Part shown: piece after piece, positions 57,446 to 64,000 of the stretch
Layout: the number at the start of each line of letters is the position of its first letter
How positions within the stretch are numbered: the first letter of the stretch is position 1
Assembly (NCBI GenBank): GCA_945878135.1
Contig: CAMDUL010000002.1
Coordinates: 79,349 to 143,348 of the forward strand
Direction: 5' to 3'
DNA from: Chthoniobacter flavus
GTDB taxonomy: Bacteria > Verrucomicrobiota > Verrucomicrobiia > Chthoniobacterales > JACTMZ01
Length of the DNA: 64,000 nucleotides
Notes under the pieces: generated by a model
Seen by the model: only the letters and a program-made list of their open reading frames with translations
The model's database searches: none
What the model was told of the DNA's origin: nothing
Program-made: the position numbers and the translations under genes

Positions 57446-58669
57446 TCAGCAGACCGTGAGAATCCTCCCCGCCAACGCCGCCGGATCGACCGCGACGCGG
57501 CTGTGGATCCGTAGAACAGGTTCCCCGCGGGAGACCTTGTCGCCTTCCTTGCGGAGGCACTCGACGCCGACGGCGAAGTCGACCGCGTCGCCCGCCCTAC
57601 CCCGGCCCGCACCGAGCTCGACGCAAAGGCGGCCGACCTGCAACGCATCGAGTTCGACGACGGTGCCGTCCGCCGAAGCGGGCACATCGGTGATCACCGG
57701 GGCGCGGTGGACTTCGCGCATCTTCTCCAGAGCGGAAGCATCGCCACCTTGCGCCAGGACCATGGCGATGAATTTCCGCCACGCACTCCCGTCGTGGAGC
57801 CGTTTGCGCAAGTCATCGCGCGAGGTGGCCACCAGTTTGACGGCCAGATCCAGGGTCAGCTCGACCAAGTCCTGCGGACCGCCGCCATGGAGCACCTCGA
57901 CACATTCGGCGACCTCAAGAGCGTTGCCCACCGTGCGGCCGAGCGGTTGGTCCATCGGTTTGAGCAGCGCGTGGGTCTCGACGCCCGCGCCGCGCCCGAC
58001 CGCGACCATGGCATCGGCCAGCTTGCGCGCATCTTCGCGCTTTTGCACGAAGGCGCCGCGTCCGAATTTCACGTCGAGCACGAGCCGGTCGGGCGATTCG
58101 GCCAGCTTTTTCGACATGATGCTGGCCACAATGAGGGGCAAAGATGCCACCGTGCCGGTCACGTCGCGCAAGGCGTAAAGTTTTTTGTCCGCCGGGCACA
58201 AGTTGTCCGTCTGCCCCGCGATGAAACAACCGACACGCTCCAGCTGCGCCAGCATCTCCGGCCACGCGAGATTGACGCGGAAACCGGGGATACTTTCCAG
58301 TTTGTCCAGCGTGCCGCCGGTGAAGCCGAGACCGCGGCCGGAAATCATCGGCACCCACACGCCCTCGCAGGCCAGGAGGGGGGCGAGAATGAGCGAGGTT
58401 TTGTCCCCCACCCCGCCGGTCGAATGTTTGTCGACCTTGGGCGGCGTGCCCGCCGGCCACGCGAACACATCGCCCGAATCGCGCATGGCCATGGTCAGCG
58501 CCACGGTCTCCGCATCGTCCATCCCGCGGAAAAAAACCGCCATGGCCAGCGCCGTAATCTGGTAATCCGGCACCTCGCCGCGCACATAAGCGCCGACCAG
58601 GGCACGGATCTCGTCCGGCGTCAGCGCGCCGCCATCGCGCTTCCTTTCAATGAGGGACGGAATGTGCAT
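57446..58669 (-). CDS. deoA: thymidine / pyrimidine-nucleoside phosphorylase
   Basis: The sequences 'IERKRDGGALTPDEI', 'DKHSTGGVGDKTSL' and 'MISGRGLGFTGGTLDKLESIPG' are present. Confidence 0.9.
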   Translation of the reverse strand: MHIPSLIERKRDGGALTPDEIRALVGAYVRGEVPDYQITALAMAVFFRGMDDAETVALTMAMRDSGDVFAWPAGTPPKVDKHSTGGVGDKTSLILAPLLACEGVWVPMISGRGLGFTGGTLDKLESIPGFRVNLAWPEMLAQLERVGCFIAGQTDNLCPADKKLYALRDVTGTVASLPLIVASIMSKKLAESPDRLVLDVKFGRGAFVQKREDARKLADAMVAVGRGAGVETHALLKPMDQPLGRTVGNALEVAECVEVLHGGGPQDLVELTLDLAVKLVATSRDDLRKRLHDGSAWRKFIAMVLAQGGDASALEKMREVHRAPVITDVPASADGTVVELDALQVGRLCVELGAGRGRAGDAVDFAVGVECLRKEGDKVSRGEPVLRIHSRVAVDPAALAGRILTVC

Positions 58670-58685
58670 CGCCCCAACAAACTGC

Positions 58686-59579
58686 TTACCACCCGATCGG
58701 ATGCCAAGCGGTCTTGAACTCGATTGTGTCGAGGATCCACTGGGGACGGTCGGCCGTGCGCCAATCGCCGGCCGGCACGGTGTGACGCGCGTAGCGCTTC
58801 ATATTGGTCGCGGTGCCTTCGTGGAGGGTTTTGTCCAGCGCGTCATCCTTGCAGCCGTTGACGATGGCGTTCACATCCATGTGCGTCGCCGCGGTCGGGG
58901 CGAGATCGGCGCGGGGTCCGGACAAAATGTTGACCACCCCGCCGGGCAGGTCGCTCGTGGCGAGGATCTCGCCGAAGGTCAGGGCCGGTAACGGATATTT
59001 TTCCGAGGCCACCACAATGCAGGTGTTGCCGGTCAGGATAGTCGCGGCGACCAAATGAACCAGGGCAACGAAAGACGGCGTATCCGGACAGAAAATGACG
59101 ACCACGCCGGTGCCTTCCGGGTAGGTGAAATTGAAATGCGGGGACGACACCGGATTGACCGAGCCGAAGACGGCGGTGAATTTGTCCGACCATCCCGCAT
59201 AGTGGACGAGCAACTCGACCGAGTCGGCCACTTCGCGGCGCGCGGCCGCGGCGGTGCATCCCGTGCTGCGCACGATCTCGCGTTCCATTTCCTCGGCCCG
59301 CATCTCGAGCATCTCGGCCGCGCGGTAAAGGATCTGGCCTTTCAGATACGCACCCGCGCCGCTCCATTTGCCGAAGGCTTTGCGCGCGGCGACCACCGCA
59401 TCGCGGAAATCCTTGCGCGATCCGCGGCAGACCTGGGCCAGCGTCGTCTTGCCGTCCGGGGACAGCGCGCGGACGACTTTGCCGCTTTCCGAACGGATAA
59501 AGGCCCCGCCGACATACATTTTGTAGGTCTTGAGCACTTGCAGACGGCCGTTTCTTGCCGCGGCGGGGGTTTTTGCCAT
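58686..59579 (-). CDS. aldehyde-dehydrogenase-like protein lacking the catalytic domain (297 aa)
   Basis: The N-terminal two-thirds aligns by eye to the ALDH NAD-binding region ('YKMYVGGAFIRSESG', 'LYRAAEMLE', 'PEGTGVVVIFCPDTPSF', 'GNTCIVVASEKYP', 'GVVNILSG'). There is no ELGGK or catalytic Cys motif. The protein ends 'EFKTAWHPIGW'. Confidence 0.7.
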   Translation of the reverse strand: MAKTPAAARNGRLQVLKTYKMYVGGAFIRSESGKVVRALSPDGKTTLAQVCRGSRKDFRDAVVAARKAFGKWSGAGAYLKGQILYRAAEMLEMRAEEMEREIVRSTGCTAAAARREVADSVELLVHYAGWSDKFTAVFGSVNPVSSPHFNFTYPEGTGVVVIFCPDTPSFVALVHLVAATILTGNTCIVVASEKYPLPALTFGEILATSDLPGGVVNILSGPRADLAPTAATHMDVNAIVNGCKDDALDKTLHEGTATNMKRYARHTVPAGDWRTADRPQWILDTIEFKTAWHPIGW

Positions 59580-59598
59580 AGCTTACCAAAGGTATCCA

Positions 59599-60546
59599 AT
59601 GAGCCTGTCGAAGGACGAGACAATATTCGTGGCCGGTCATCGCGGCATGGTGGGCAGCGCCATCCACGGCAAGCTGCGCGAGAAAGGCTTCACCAAAGTG
59701 CTCGGTCGCACCCGCAAAGAACTCGACCTGCTCGACCGCGCCGCGGTGCGAGCTTTTTTCGGGAAGGAGCGGCCGTCCATCGTCGTCGATGCCGCGGCCA
59801 AGGTCGGCGGCATCCTGGCCAACAACGAACAGCCGACGGAATTCCTCCTCCAAAATCTCACCATCCAGAACAATCTCATCGAAGCCGCGGCCGATTTCGG
59901 CACGCGCAAGCTGCTCTTTCTCGGCAGTTCGTGCATCTACCCGAAGATGGCTCCGCAACCGATCCCCGAGAGCGCACTGCTCACCGGGCCGCTCGAGCCG
60001 ACCAACGACGCCTACGCGCTGGCCAAGATCGCCGGCATCAAGCTCTGCCAGTCCTACGCGCGCCAATACGGGAAAAATTTCATCAGCGGCATGCCGACCA
60101 ACTTGTATGGTCCGCACGACAACTACGACCTGCACAACTCGCACGTCCTGCCGGCTTTCATCCGCAAAGTGCACGAGGCGAAACAGGCCGGCGCGAAAAG
60201 CATCACCGTCTGGGGCACGGGCACGCCGCGGCGCGAGTTTCTCCACACCACCGACCTGGCCGAAGCGTGTGTTTTTCTTTTGGAAAACTACGACGAACCG
60301 GACCTCCTCAACATCGGCTGCGGCGAGGACGTGACCATCCGCGAATTGGCCGAAACGGTCTGCGACGTGCTCGGCTTCGACGGCACGCTCGAATTCGACG
60401 CGAGCAAACCGGACGGCACCCCGCGCAAGCTGCTCGATATTTCGAAGATCAAGTCCCTCGGCTGGAGCCCGCGCATCCCGCTGCGCGAAGGCATCGCCGA
60501 CGCCTACCGTTGGTTCCGCGAGAACTACAGCGACGCACGCCTCTGA
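59599..60546 (+). CDS. fcl: GDP-L-fucose synthase
   Basis: The sequences 'IFVAGHRGMVGSAI', 'FLGSSCIYPK' and 'YALAKIAG' (the YxxxK motif) are present, with 'PTNLYGPHDNY' and 'VWGTGTPRREFLH'. Confidence 0.95.
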   Translation: MSLSKDETIFVAGHRGMVGSAIHGKLREKGFTKVLGRTRKELDLLDRAAVRAFFGKERPSIVVDAAAKVGGILANNEQPTEFLLQNLTIQNNLIEAAADFGTRKLLFLGSSCIYPKMAPQPIPESALLTGPLEPTNDAYALAKIAGIKLCQSYARQYGKNFISGMPTNLYGPHDNYDLHNSHVLPAFIRKVHEAKQAGAKSITVWGTGTPRREFLHTTDLAEACVFLLENYDEPDLLNIGCGEDVTIRELAETVCDVLGFDGTLEFDASKPDGTPRKLLDISKIKSLGWSPRIPLREGIADAYRWFRENYSDARL

Positions 60547-60558
60547 TCATCGCGCGCC

Positions 60559-60888
60559 TCACTGTGCGATACTCTTGGAGAACAGGTTGATTACCCCCAC
60601 GCCGGCGATGATCAGGGCGATGCCGATGATCGCGGGAACGTCGAGTTTCTGGCCGAAGAGAATCCAGGCGATGATGCTGACCAACACGATGCCCGCTCCG
60701 CTCCAGATGGCATAAACGATGCCGACGGACATTGACCGCAGGGTGAGCGAAAGAAAGAAAAAGGCGATGGCATAGCCGGCCACCACGGCAGCCGACGGCC
60801 ACAGCCGGGTGAAGCCTTCACAGGATTTGAGCGACGAAGTGGCGATCACTTCGGCCACGATGGCGACGGCGAGGTAAAGGTAGGTCAT
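60559..60888 (-). CDS. small multidrug resistance (SMR/EmrE-QacE type) transporter
   Basis: The protein starts 'MTYLYLAVAIVAEVIATSSLK', which carries the conserved membrane Glu. It is 109 aa with four TM segments. The track ORF's N-terminal extension is spurious. Confidence 0.9.
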   Translation of the reverse strand: MTYLYLAVAIVAEVIATSSLKSCEGFTRLWPSAAVVAGYAIAFFFLSLTLRSMSVGIVYAIWSGAGIVLVSIIAWILFGQKLDVPAIIGIALIIAGVGVINLFSKSIAQ

Positions 60889-60926
60889 GGGATGTGGCGG
60901 GTGGCGGGTGATGAGTGACGAGTGGG

Positions 60927-61316
60927 TCAAACCGCAGAGGAGTGAAGCCGCAGGGGAACATGGCGCGCCAACCGCACGAAATGACTGTCGCGTGTCATGA
61001 GTTGCAGTCCGTGCTGCATGGCGTTCTGGGCAATGAGCAGATCGGGAATTCCGACCCCATTGAGGCCCTCGCGCAGAGATGTGATCTGCAGGCGAATGAC
61101 TTCTTCCCAATCGGGCTGGATGGGCTCCCGTTCAAGCTTCCCGAGGAGATCGATCAACCGTGGCTGGCGCTTCACGCGCAGGGCAGGAACAAGCTCGGCG
61201 AGGATGAGGTCGTTGATGACGATTCGGCCGTCGTCGAGCAGGGATTCAACTTCCGCCGCATGACGCCCCGCGCGGAAGTAATCGATCCACACGGAACTGT
61301 CGACCAGCACCCTCAC
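60927..61316 (-). CDS. vapC: PIN-domain toxin VapC (second locus)
   Basis: The sequences 'MRVLVDSSVWIDYF' and 'IPDLLIAQNAMQHGLQLMTRDSHF' are present. The gene overlaps the upstream antitoxin gene by 4 nt. Confidence 0.85.
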   Translation of the reverse strand: MRVLVDSSVWIDYFRAGRHAAEVESLLDDGRIVINDLILAELVPALRVKRQPRLIDLLGKLEREPIQPDWEEVIRLQITSLREGLNGVGIPDLLIAQNAMQHGLQLMTRDSHFVRLARHVPLRLHSSAV

Positions 61317-61510
61317 TTCCGGCGATCGCGCAGCTTGTCGAGGTCGATCTTGAGGTCAATTTTGCCTTTGTATTTCTTCAGGCCGAGCGTCCGGTTTTTC
61401 CGGATGAGGTCTTCCAACGCGGTAATGATCACCGCCGTTTTTGTTTTTTGCCTGGTAACCCGCATCGCTTCCTGGAGCAGCGGAGCAGGCAGGTCGAGTG
61501 TCGTTCTCAT
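61313..61510 (-). CDS. vapB: VapB-type antitoxin (DUF2191-like)
   Basis: The sequence 'MRTTLDLPAPLLQEAMRVTRQKTKTAVIITALEDLIR' is typical of VapB/DUF2191 antitoxins, at 65 aa. Confidence 0.8.
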   Translation of the reverse strand: MRTTLDLPAPLLQEAMRVTRQKTKTAVIITALEDLIRKNRTLGLKKYKGKIDLKIDLDKLRDRRK

Positions 61511-61521
61511 GCCCCCACTTT

Positions 61522-61549
61522 ATGCATATAAATCATGATTTCAATGCAT
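61522..61549. promoter_or_regulatory. candidate operator/promoter palindrome of the second vapBC locus
   Basis: The site reads ATGCAT-at-AAATCATGATTT-ca-ATGCAT, a 28-bp AT-rich near-perfect palindrome whose core 12 bp is perfect. It starts 12 nt upstream of the vapB start codon. Confidence 0.4.
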
Positions 61550-61567
61550 AACACCGCGATGCTGCCA

Positions 61568-61954
61568 TCAGACGCAGGTGGCGCAAAGACGCGGCCAGAA
61601 GACGAGCAGGCCGACGACGAGGGCGGCGATGGACGCGAAGAGGACGGCGGCGGCGGCGAGGTCTTTCAGTTTTTTGACTTCGGGGTGTTCGTCGGGGTGC
61701 GCGAGGTCGGCCACGTATTCGATCGCGGTGTTCAAGGCTTCGGCCACCCAGACGAGGCCGATGGCCAGGACAACGGCGATCCATTCGCCGGGCGTAATGG
61801 CGAACCACCAACCGAGGGCGATAACCGCCAAGGTGGCGACGAGATGGATGCGGGCGTGGACTTCGCTTTTGAGCAGCGCGGCAATACCGCGGAAGGCGCA
61901 GGCGAAGCTCTCGGCTTCGCGGGAGAAGAATTCGCGGCGGTCGGTCATGATCAC
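61568..61954 (-). CDS. dgkA: diacylglycerol kinase (DgkA family)
   Basis: The sequences 'FACAFRGIAALLKSEVHARIHL', 'VVLAIGLVWVAEALNTAIEYVAD' and 'KDLAAAAVL' are present. Confidence 0.9.
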   Translation of the reverse strand: MIMTDRREFFSREAESFACAFRGIAALLKSEVHARIHLVATLAVIALGWWFAITPGEWIAVVLAIGLVWVAEALNTAIEYVADLAHPDEHPEVKKLKDLAAAAVLFASIAALVVGLLVFWPRLCATCV

Positions 61955-62003
61955 AATCTATAGCAGAATGCCGGCGAGGGGCGGGAGTTCGTTTCGTTGG
62001 AAT

Positions 62004-62070
62004 GGTAGGGACACGCGGCTCGCGTGTCCGTTTGGAACGGATGCGGACGAGCGGGCCGCCCGTCCCTAAC
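62004..62070. repeat. 67-nt double-hairpin palindromic element, copy 4 (intergenic, upstream of dgkA)
   Basis: The element reads GGTAG-GGACACGCGGCTCGCGTGTCC-GTTTGGAACGGATGC-GGACGAGCGGGCCGCCCGTCC-CTAAC. It has one stem mismatch and one mismatch in the terminal repeat. Confidence 0.85.
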
Positions 62071-62102
62071 TTGGGAAACGACGGGATGGCGCCGCTACAG
62101 GC

Positions 62103-62288
62103 TCACTCTTGGCCTTGCGGCGGGAAGAACTCCGGCGGGTTTTCCGCGGCGCCGAGGGGTTTGCTTTCCGTCTTTTCCTCGGCCGCTTTCTTCTTGTCGT
62201 AATCCGGGATACTGACCGAGGGCGGGATGCGTTCGCAGGAGACCGCGACCAGTGCAACGACAGCGAGGAGGACGGAAAAATATTTCAC
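62103..62288 (-). CDS. putative small lipoprotein (61 aa)
   Basis: From a GTG start, 'VKYFSVLLAVVALVAVSCERIPP...' gives a signal peptide with lipobox (AVSC), followed by a charged tail. It lies directly downstream of the KH-domain gene. Confidence is low. Confidence 0.4.
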   Translation of the reverse strand: MKYFSVLLAVVALVAVSCERIPPSVSIPDYDKKKAAEEKTESKPLGAAENPPEFFPPQGQE

Positions 62289-62292
62289 GCGA

Positions 62293-62532
62293 TCAATCGG
62301 GGACGACCAGGCGCACTTTGCCGCCGTGTTTCGCGGCAGCGGCGTCGAGGAGGCTGCGGATGGCGTGGATGGTCTGGCCGCGTTTGCCGATGATGCGGGG
62401 AAGGTCGGTCTGCCGGGCCTGCACGGTGTAGACGTCTTTGCCGTCGATGGCGGCATGGGAGAGAAAAACCTCGTCGGGGTGGCCGGCCAGACGGCGCAGG
62501 ACGAAGGTCAGGAATTCCTCGATCGGGCTCAC
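62293..62532 (-). CDS. KH-domain RNA-binding protein (YlqC/UPF0109)
   Basis: The sequence 'IEEFLTFVLRRLAGHPDEVFL...DLPRIIGKRGQTIHAIRSLL' carries the GxxG KH motif. Its GTG start overlaps the rpsP stop (GTGA). This is the canonical ffh-rpsP-KH gene order. Confidence 0.8.
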   Translation of the reverse strand: MSPIEEFLTFVLRRLAGHPDEVFLSHAAIDGKDVYTVQARQTDLPRIIGKRGQTIHAIRSLLDAAAAKHGGKVRLVVPD

Positions 62533-62774
62533 GCAGCTTGGCGGGCTTTTTTGACCAGACTGCGCACGGTGTCGGACATCTGCGCGCCGTTTTTGACCCA
62601 ATGGTCGATGCGGGCCACGTTGATCTTGTAGTTGGTGCCGGTTTTCTTCGGATCGTAGTTGCCGAGGATTTCGAGGAATTTGCCGTCGCGGGGGCTGCGT
62701 TTGTCGGCCACCACCACTTTGTAGTAGGGGCTGTTGCGGTTGCCTTCGCGGCGGAGTCGTATTGCCGTTGCCAT
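62529..62774 (-). CDS. rpsP: 30S ribosomal protein S16
   Basis: The sequence 'MATAIRLRREGNRNSPYYKVVVADKRSPRDGKFLEILGNYDP' is present. The start is taken at the internal Met (62774) of the track ORF. Confidence 0.95.
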   Translation of the reverse strand: MATAIRLRREGNRNSPYYKVVVADKRSPRDGKFLEILGNYDPKKTGTNYKINVARIDHWVKNGAQMSDTVRSLVKKARQAA

Positions 62775-62784
62775 AAGTTTTTCG

Positions 62785-64000
62785 TTAGTTCCGGCCAAGC
62801 ATGCCCATACCGCCTGCCCTTGCCATCATTTTTTTCAATTTGCCGGGCTTTTTCATGAGTTTTCTCATATCCGAGAACCGCAGCAGAAGGTTGTTGACCT
62901 CCGTGACCGTCGTCCCGCTGCCCCGGGCGATGCGCTGGCGGCGCCGGGCGTTGAGAACGTCGGGTCGCGCCCGCTCGCCGGGCGTCATGGAGAGGACGAT
63001 GGCCTCCACCCGGCGCATCTGTTTCTCATCAACCCCGGGCGATTTCATCTTGTCCATGCCGGGGATGAGTCCAAGGAGGTTCTCCAGCGGACCCATCTTG
63101 CGGAGCATTTTGAACTGCTCGAGGAAATCGTTCAGGTCGAAGTTCCCGCCGCGCAGGCGCGCCTCCATGCGGGCGGCATCCTCCACCTCGAAATTGGCCG
63201 CCGCTTTCTCGACCAGGCTGACCACATCGCCCATCCCGAGGATGCGGCCGGCCATGCGGTCCGGGTGGAAGACCTCGAAAGCGTCGACCTTCTCGCCGGT
63301 GCCGGCGAATTTGACCGGCTGGCCGGTGACCTCGCGCAGCGAGAGGGCGGCGCCGCCGCGGGCGTCGCCGTCGAGTTTGGTCAGGATGAGGCCGGTGACC
63401 CCGACAGCGCCGTGGAATTTTTCGGCCACGCCGACGGCCTGCTGTCCGGTGGCGGCGTCGCAGACGAGCAGGCTTTCGTTCGGCTGGACGAGGTCTTTCA
63501 CTTTGCGCAGCTCGTCGATCAGTTCGTCGTCGAGATCCTGGCGTCCGGCGGTGTCATAAATCTCGACATTGTGGCCCTGGTCCTTGGCCCAGGCCATGCC
63601 GTCGCGCACGACGCGCAGGACGTTTTTTTCGCCGGCAGGCGGACGATACATGGGCACGCCGATCTGGGCGGCCAGAGTGGCCAGTTGCTCGACCGCGGCC
63701 GGGCGTTGCAAATCGCAGGCGATGAGCACGGGGGTGCGCCCGTTTTTCTTGAGCCAAGCGGCGAGCTTGGCGCAGGTCGTGGTCTTGCCCGCGCCGTTCA
63801 GACCGACGACGAGGATTCGGGCCTGCGGTCCGAGGTTGAGGGGCGCGGCGCCGCCGCCGAGGAGGGCGGACAACTCGTCGTGGAAAATTTTGACGATTTG
63901 CTGCCCGGGTGTGACGCTGCGCAGCACTTCCTCGCCGAGGGCTTTCTCTTTGACCCGCGCGATGAAGTCTTTCGCGACTTTGAAATGCACATCGGCCTCG
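62785..64000 (-). CDS. ffh: signal recognition particle protein Ffh (N-terminus beyond window end)
   Basis: The G-domain motifs 'VGLNGAGKTTTCAKLA', 'DTAGR' and 'TKLDGDARGG' are present, followed by a Met-rich M-domain 'GMDKMK...MKKPGKLKKMMARAGGMGMLG'. Confidence 0.95.
   Translation of the reverse strand, partial: EADVHFKVAKDFIARVKEKALGEEVLRSVTPGQQIVKIFHDELSALLGGGAAPLNLGPQARILVVGLNGAGKTTTCAKLAAWLKKNGRTPVLIACDLQRPAAVEQLATLAAQIGVPMYRPPAGEKNVLRVVRDGMAWAKDQGHNVEIYDTAGRQDLDDELIDELRKVKDLVQPNESLLVCDAATGQQAVGVAEKFHGAVGVTGLILTKLDGDARGGAALSLREVTGQPVKFAGTGEKVDAFEVFHPDRMAGRILGMGDVVSLVEKAAANFEVEDAARMEARLRGGNFDLNDFLEQFKMLRKMGPLENLLGLIPGMDKMKSPGVDEKQMRRVEAIVLSMTPGERARPDVLNARRRQRIARGSGTTVTEVNNLLLRFSDMRKLMKKPGKLKKMMARAGGMGMLGRN

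Overview
This is a gene-dense bacterial chromosomal segment with high G+C (roughly two-thirds by eye, not computed). I can support about 75 genes, nearly all of them housekeeping. They cover replication and repair (ligA, xth, a UDG-family protein) and translation (argS, rpsO-pnp, rpsN, rpsP, ffh, miaA, trmL, hflX, yciH). They also cover lipid and isoprenoid synthesis (fabI, fabF, accA, ispH, dgkA), menaquinone synthesis (ubiE/menG, menA, menC), nucleoside salvage, a PhoR/PhoB-like two-component pair and an ECF sigma/anti-sigma/HtrA module. There is one tRNA-Leu(CAG). I found no rRNA, CRISPR array, integrase or transposase. The prepilin-type 'AFTLIELLVVIAVLA' N-terminus and the TMTC-like TPR membrane protein fit a PVC-group (Verrucomicrobiota/Opitutales-like) organism, but that is inference only. 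Many long antisense ORFs in the track are high-GC shadow ORFs and were rejected. The track also writes GTG starts as M (for example at 38286). The most unusual signal is a family of four 66-67 nt elements with a rigid architecture: 5-nt terminal inverted repeat, 21-nt hairpin, 14-15-nt spacer, 21-nt hairpin, 5-nt inverted repeat. Two copies sit in-frame and in the same reading phase inside coding genes (menC and the SUI1/yciH gene), and their stems are maintained by compensatory substitutions. This resembles Rickettsia-palindromic-element behaviour. One copy abuts a roughly 390-bp non-coding block of tandem and inverted repeats (47307-47695). Other points worth a second look are a GspG-like pseudopilin frameshifted at a poly-C tract, a DUF4914-like P-loop protein paired with a YjbQ gene, and an aldehyde-dehydrogenase-like protein lacking the catalytic domain. 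There are also two small lower-GC islets carrying VapBC toxin-antitoxin pairs with palindromic operators, and an orphan nuoA.
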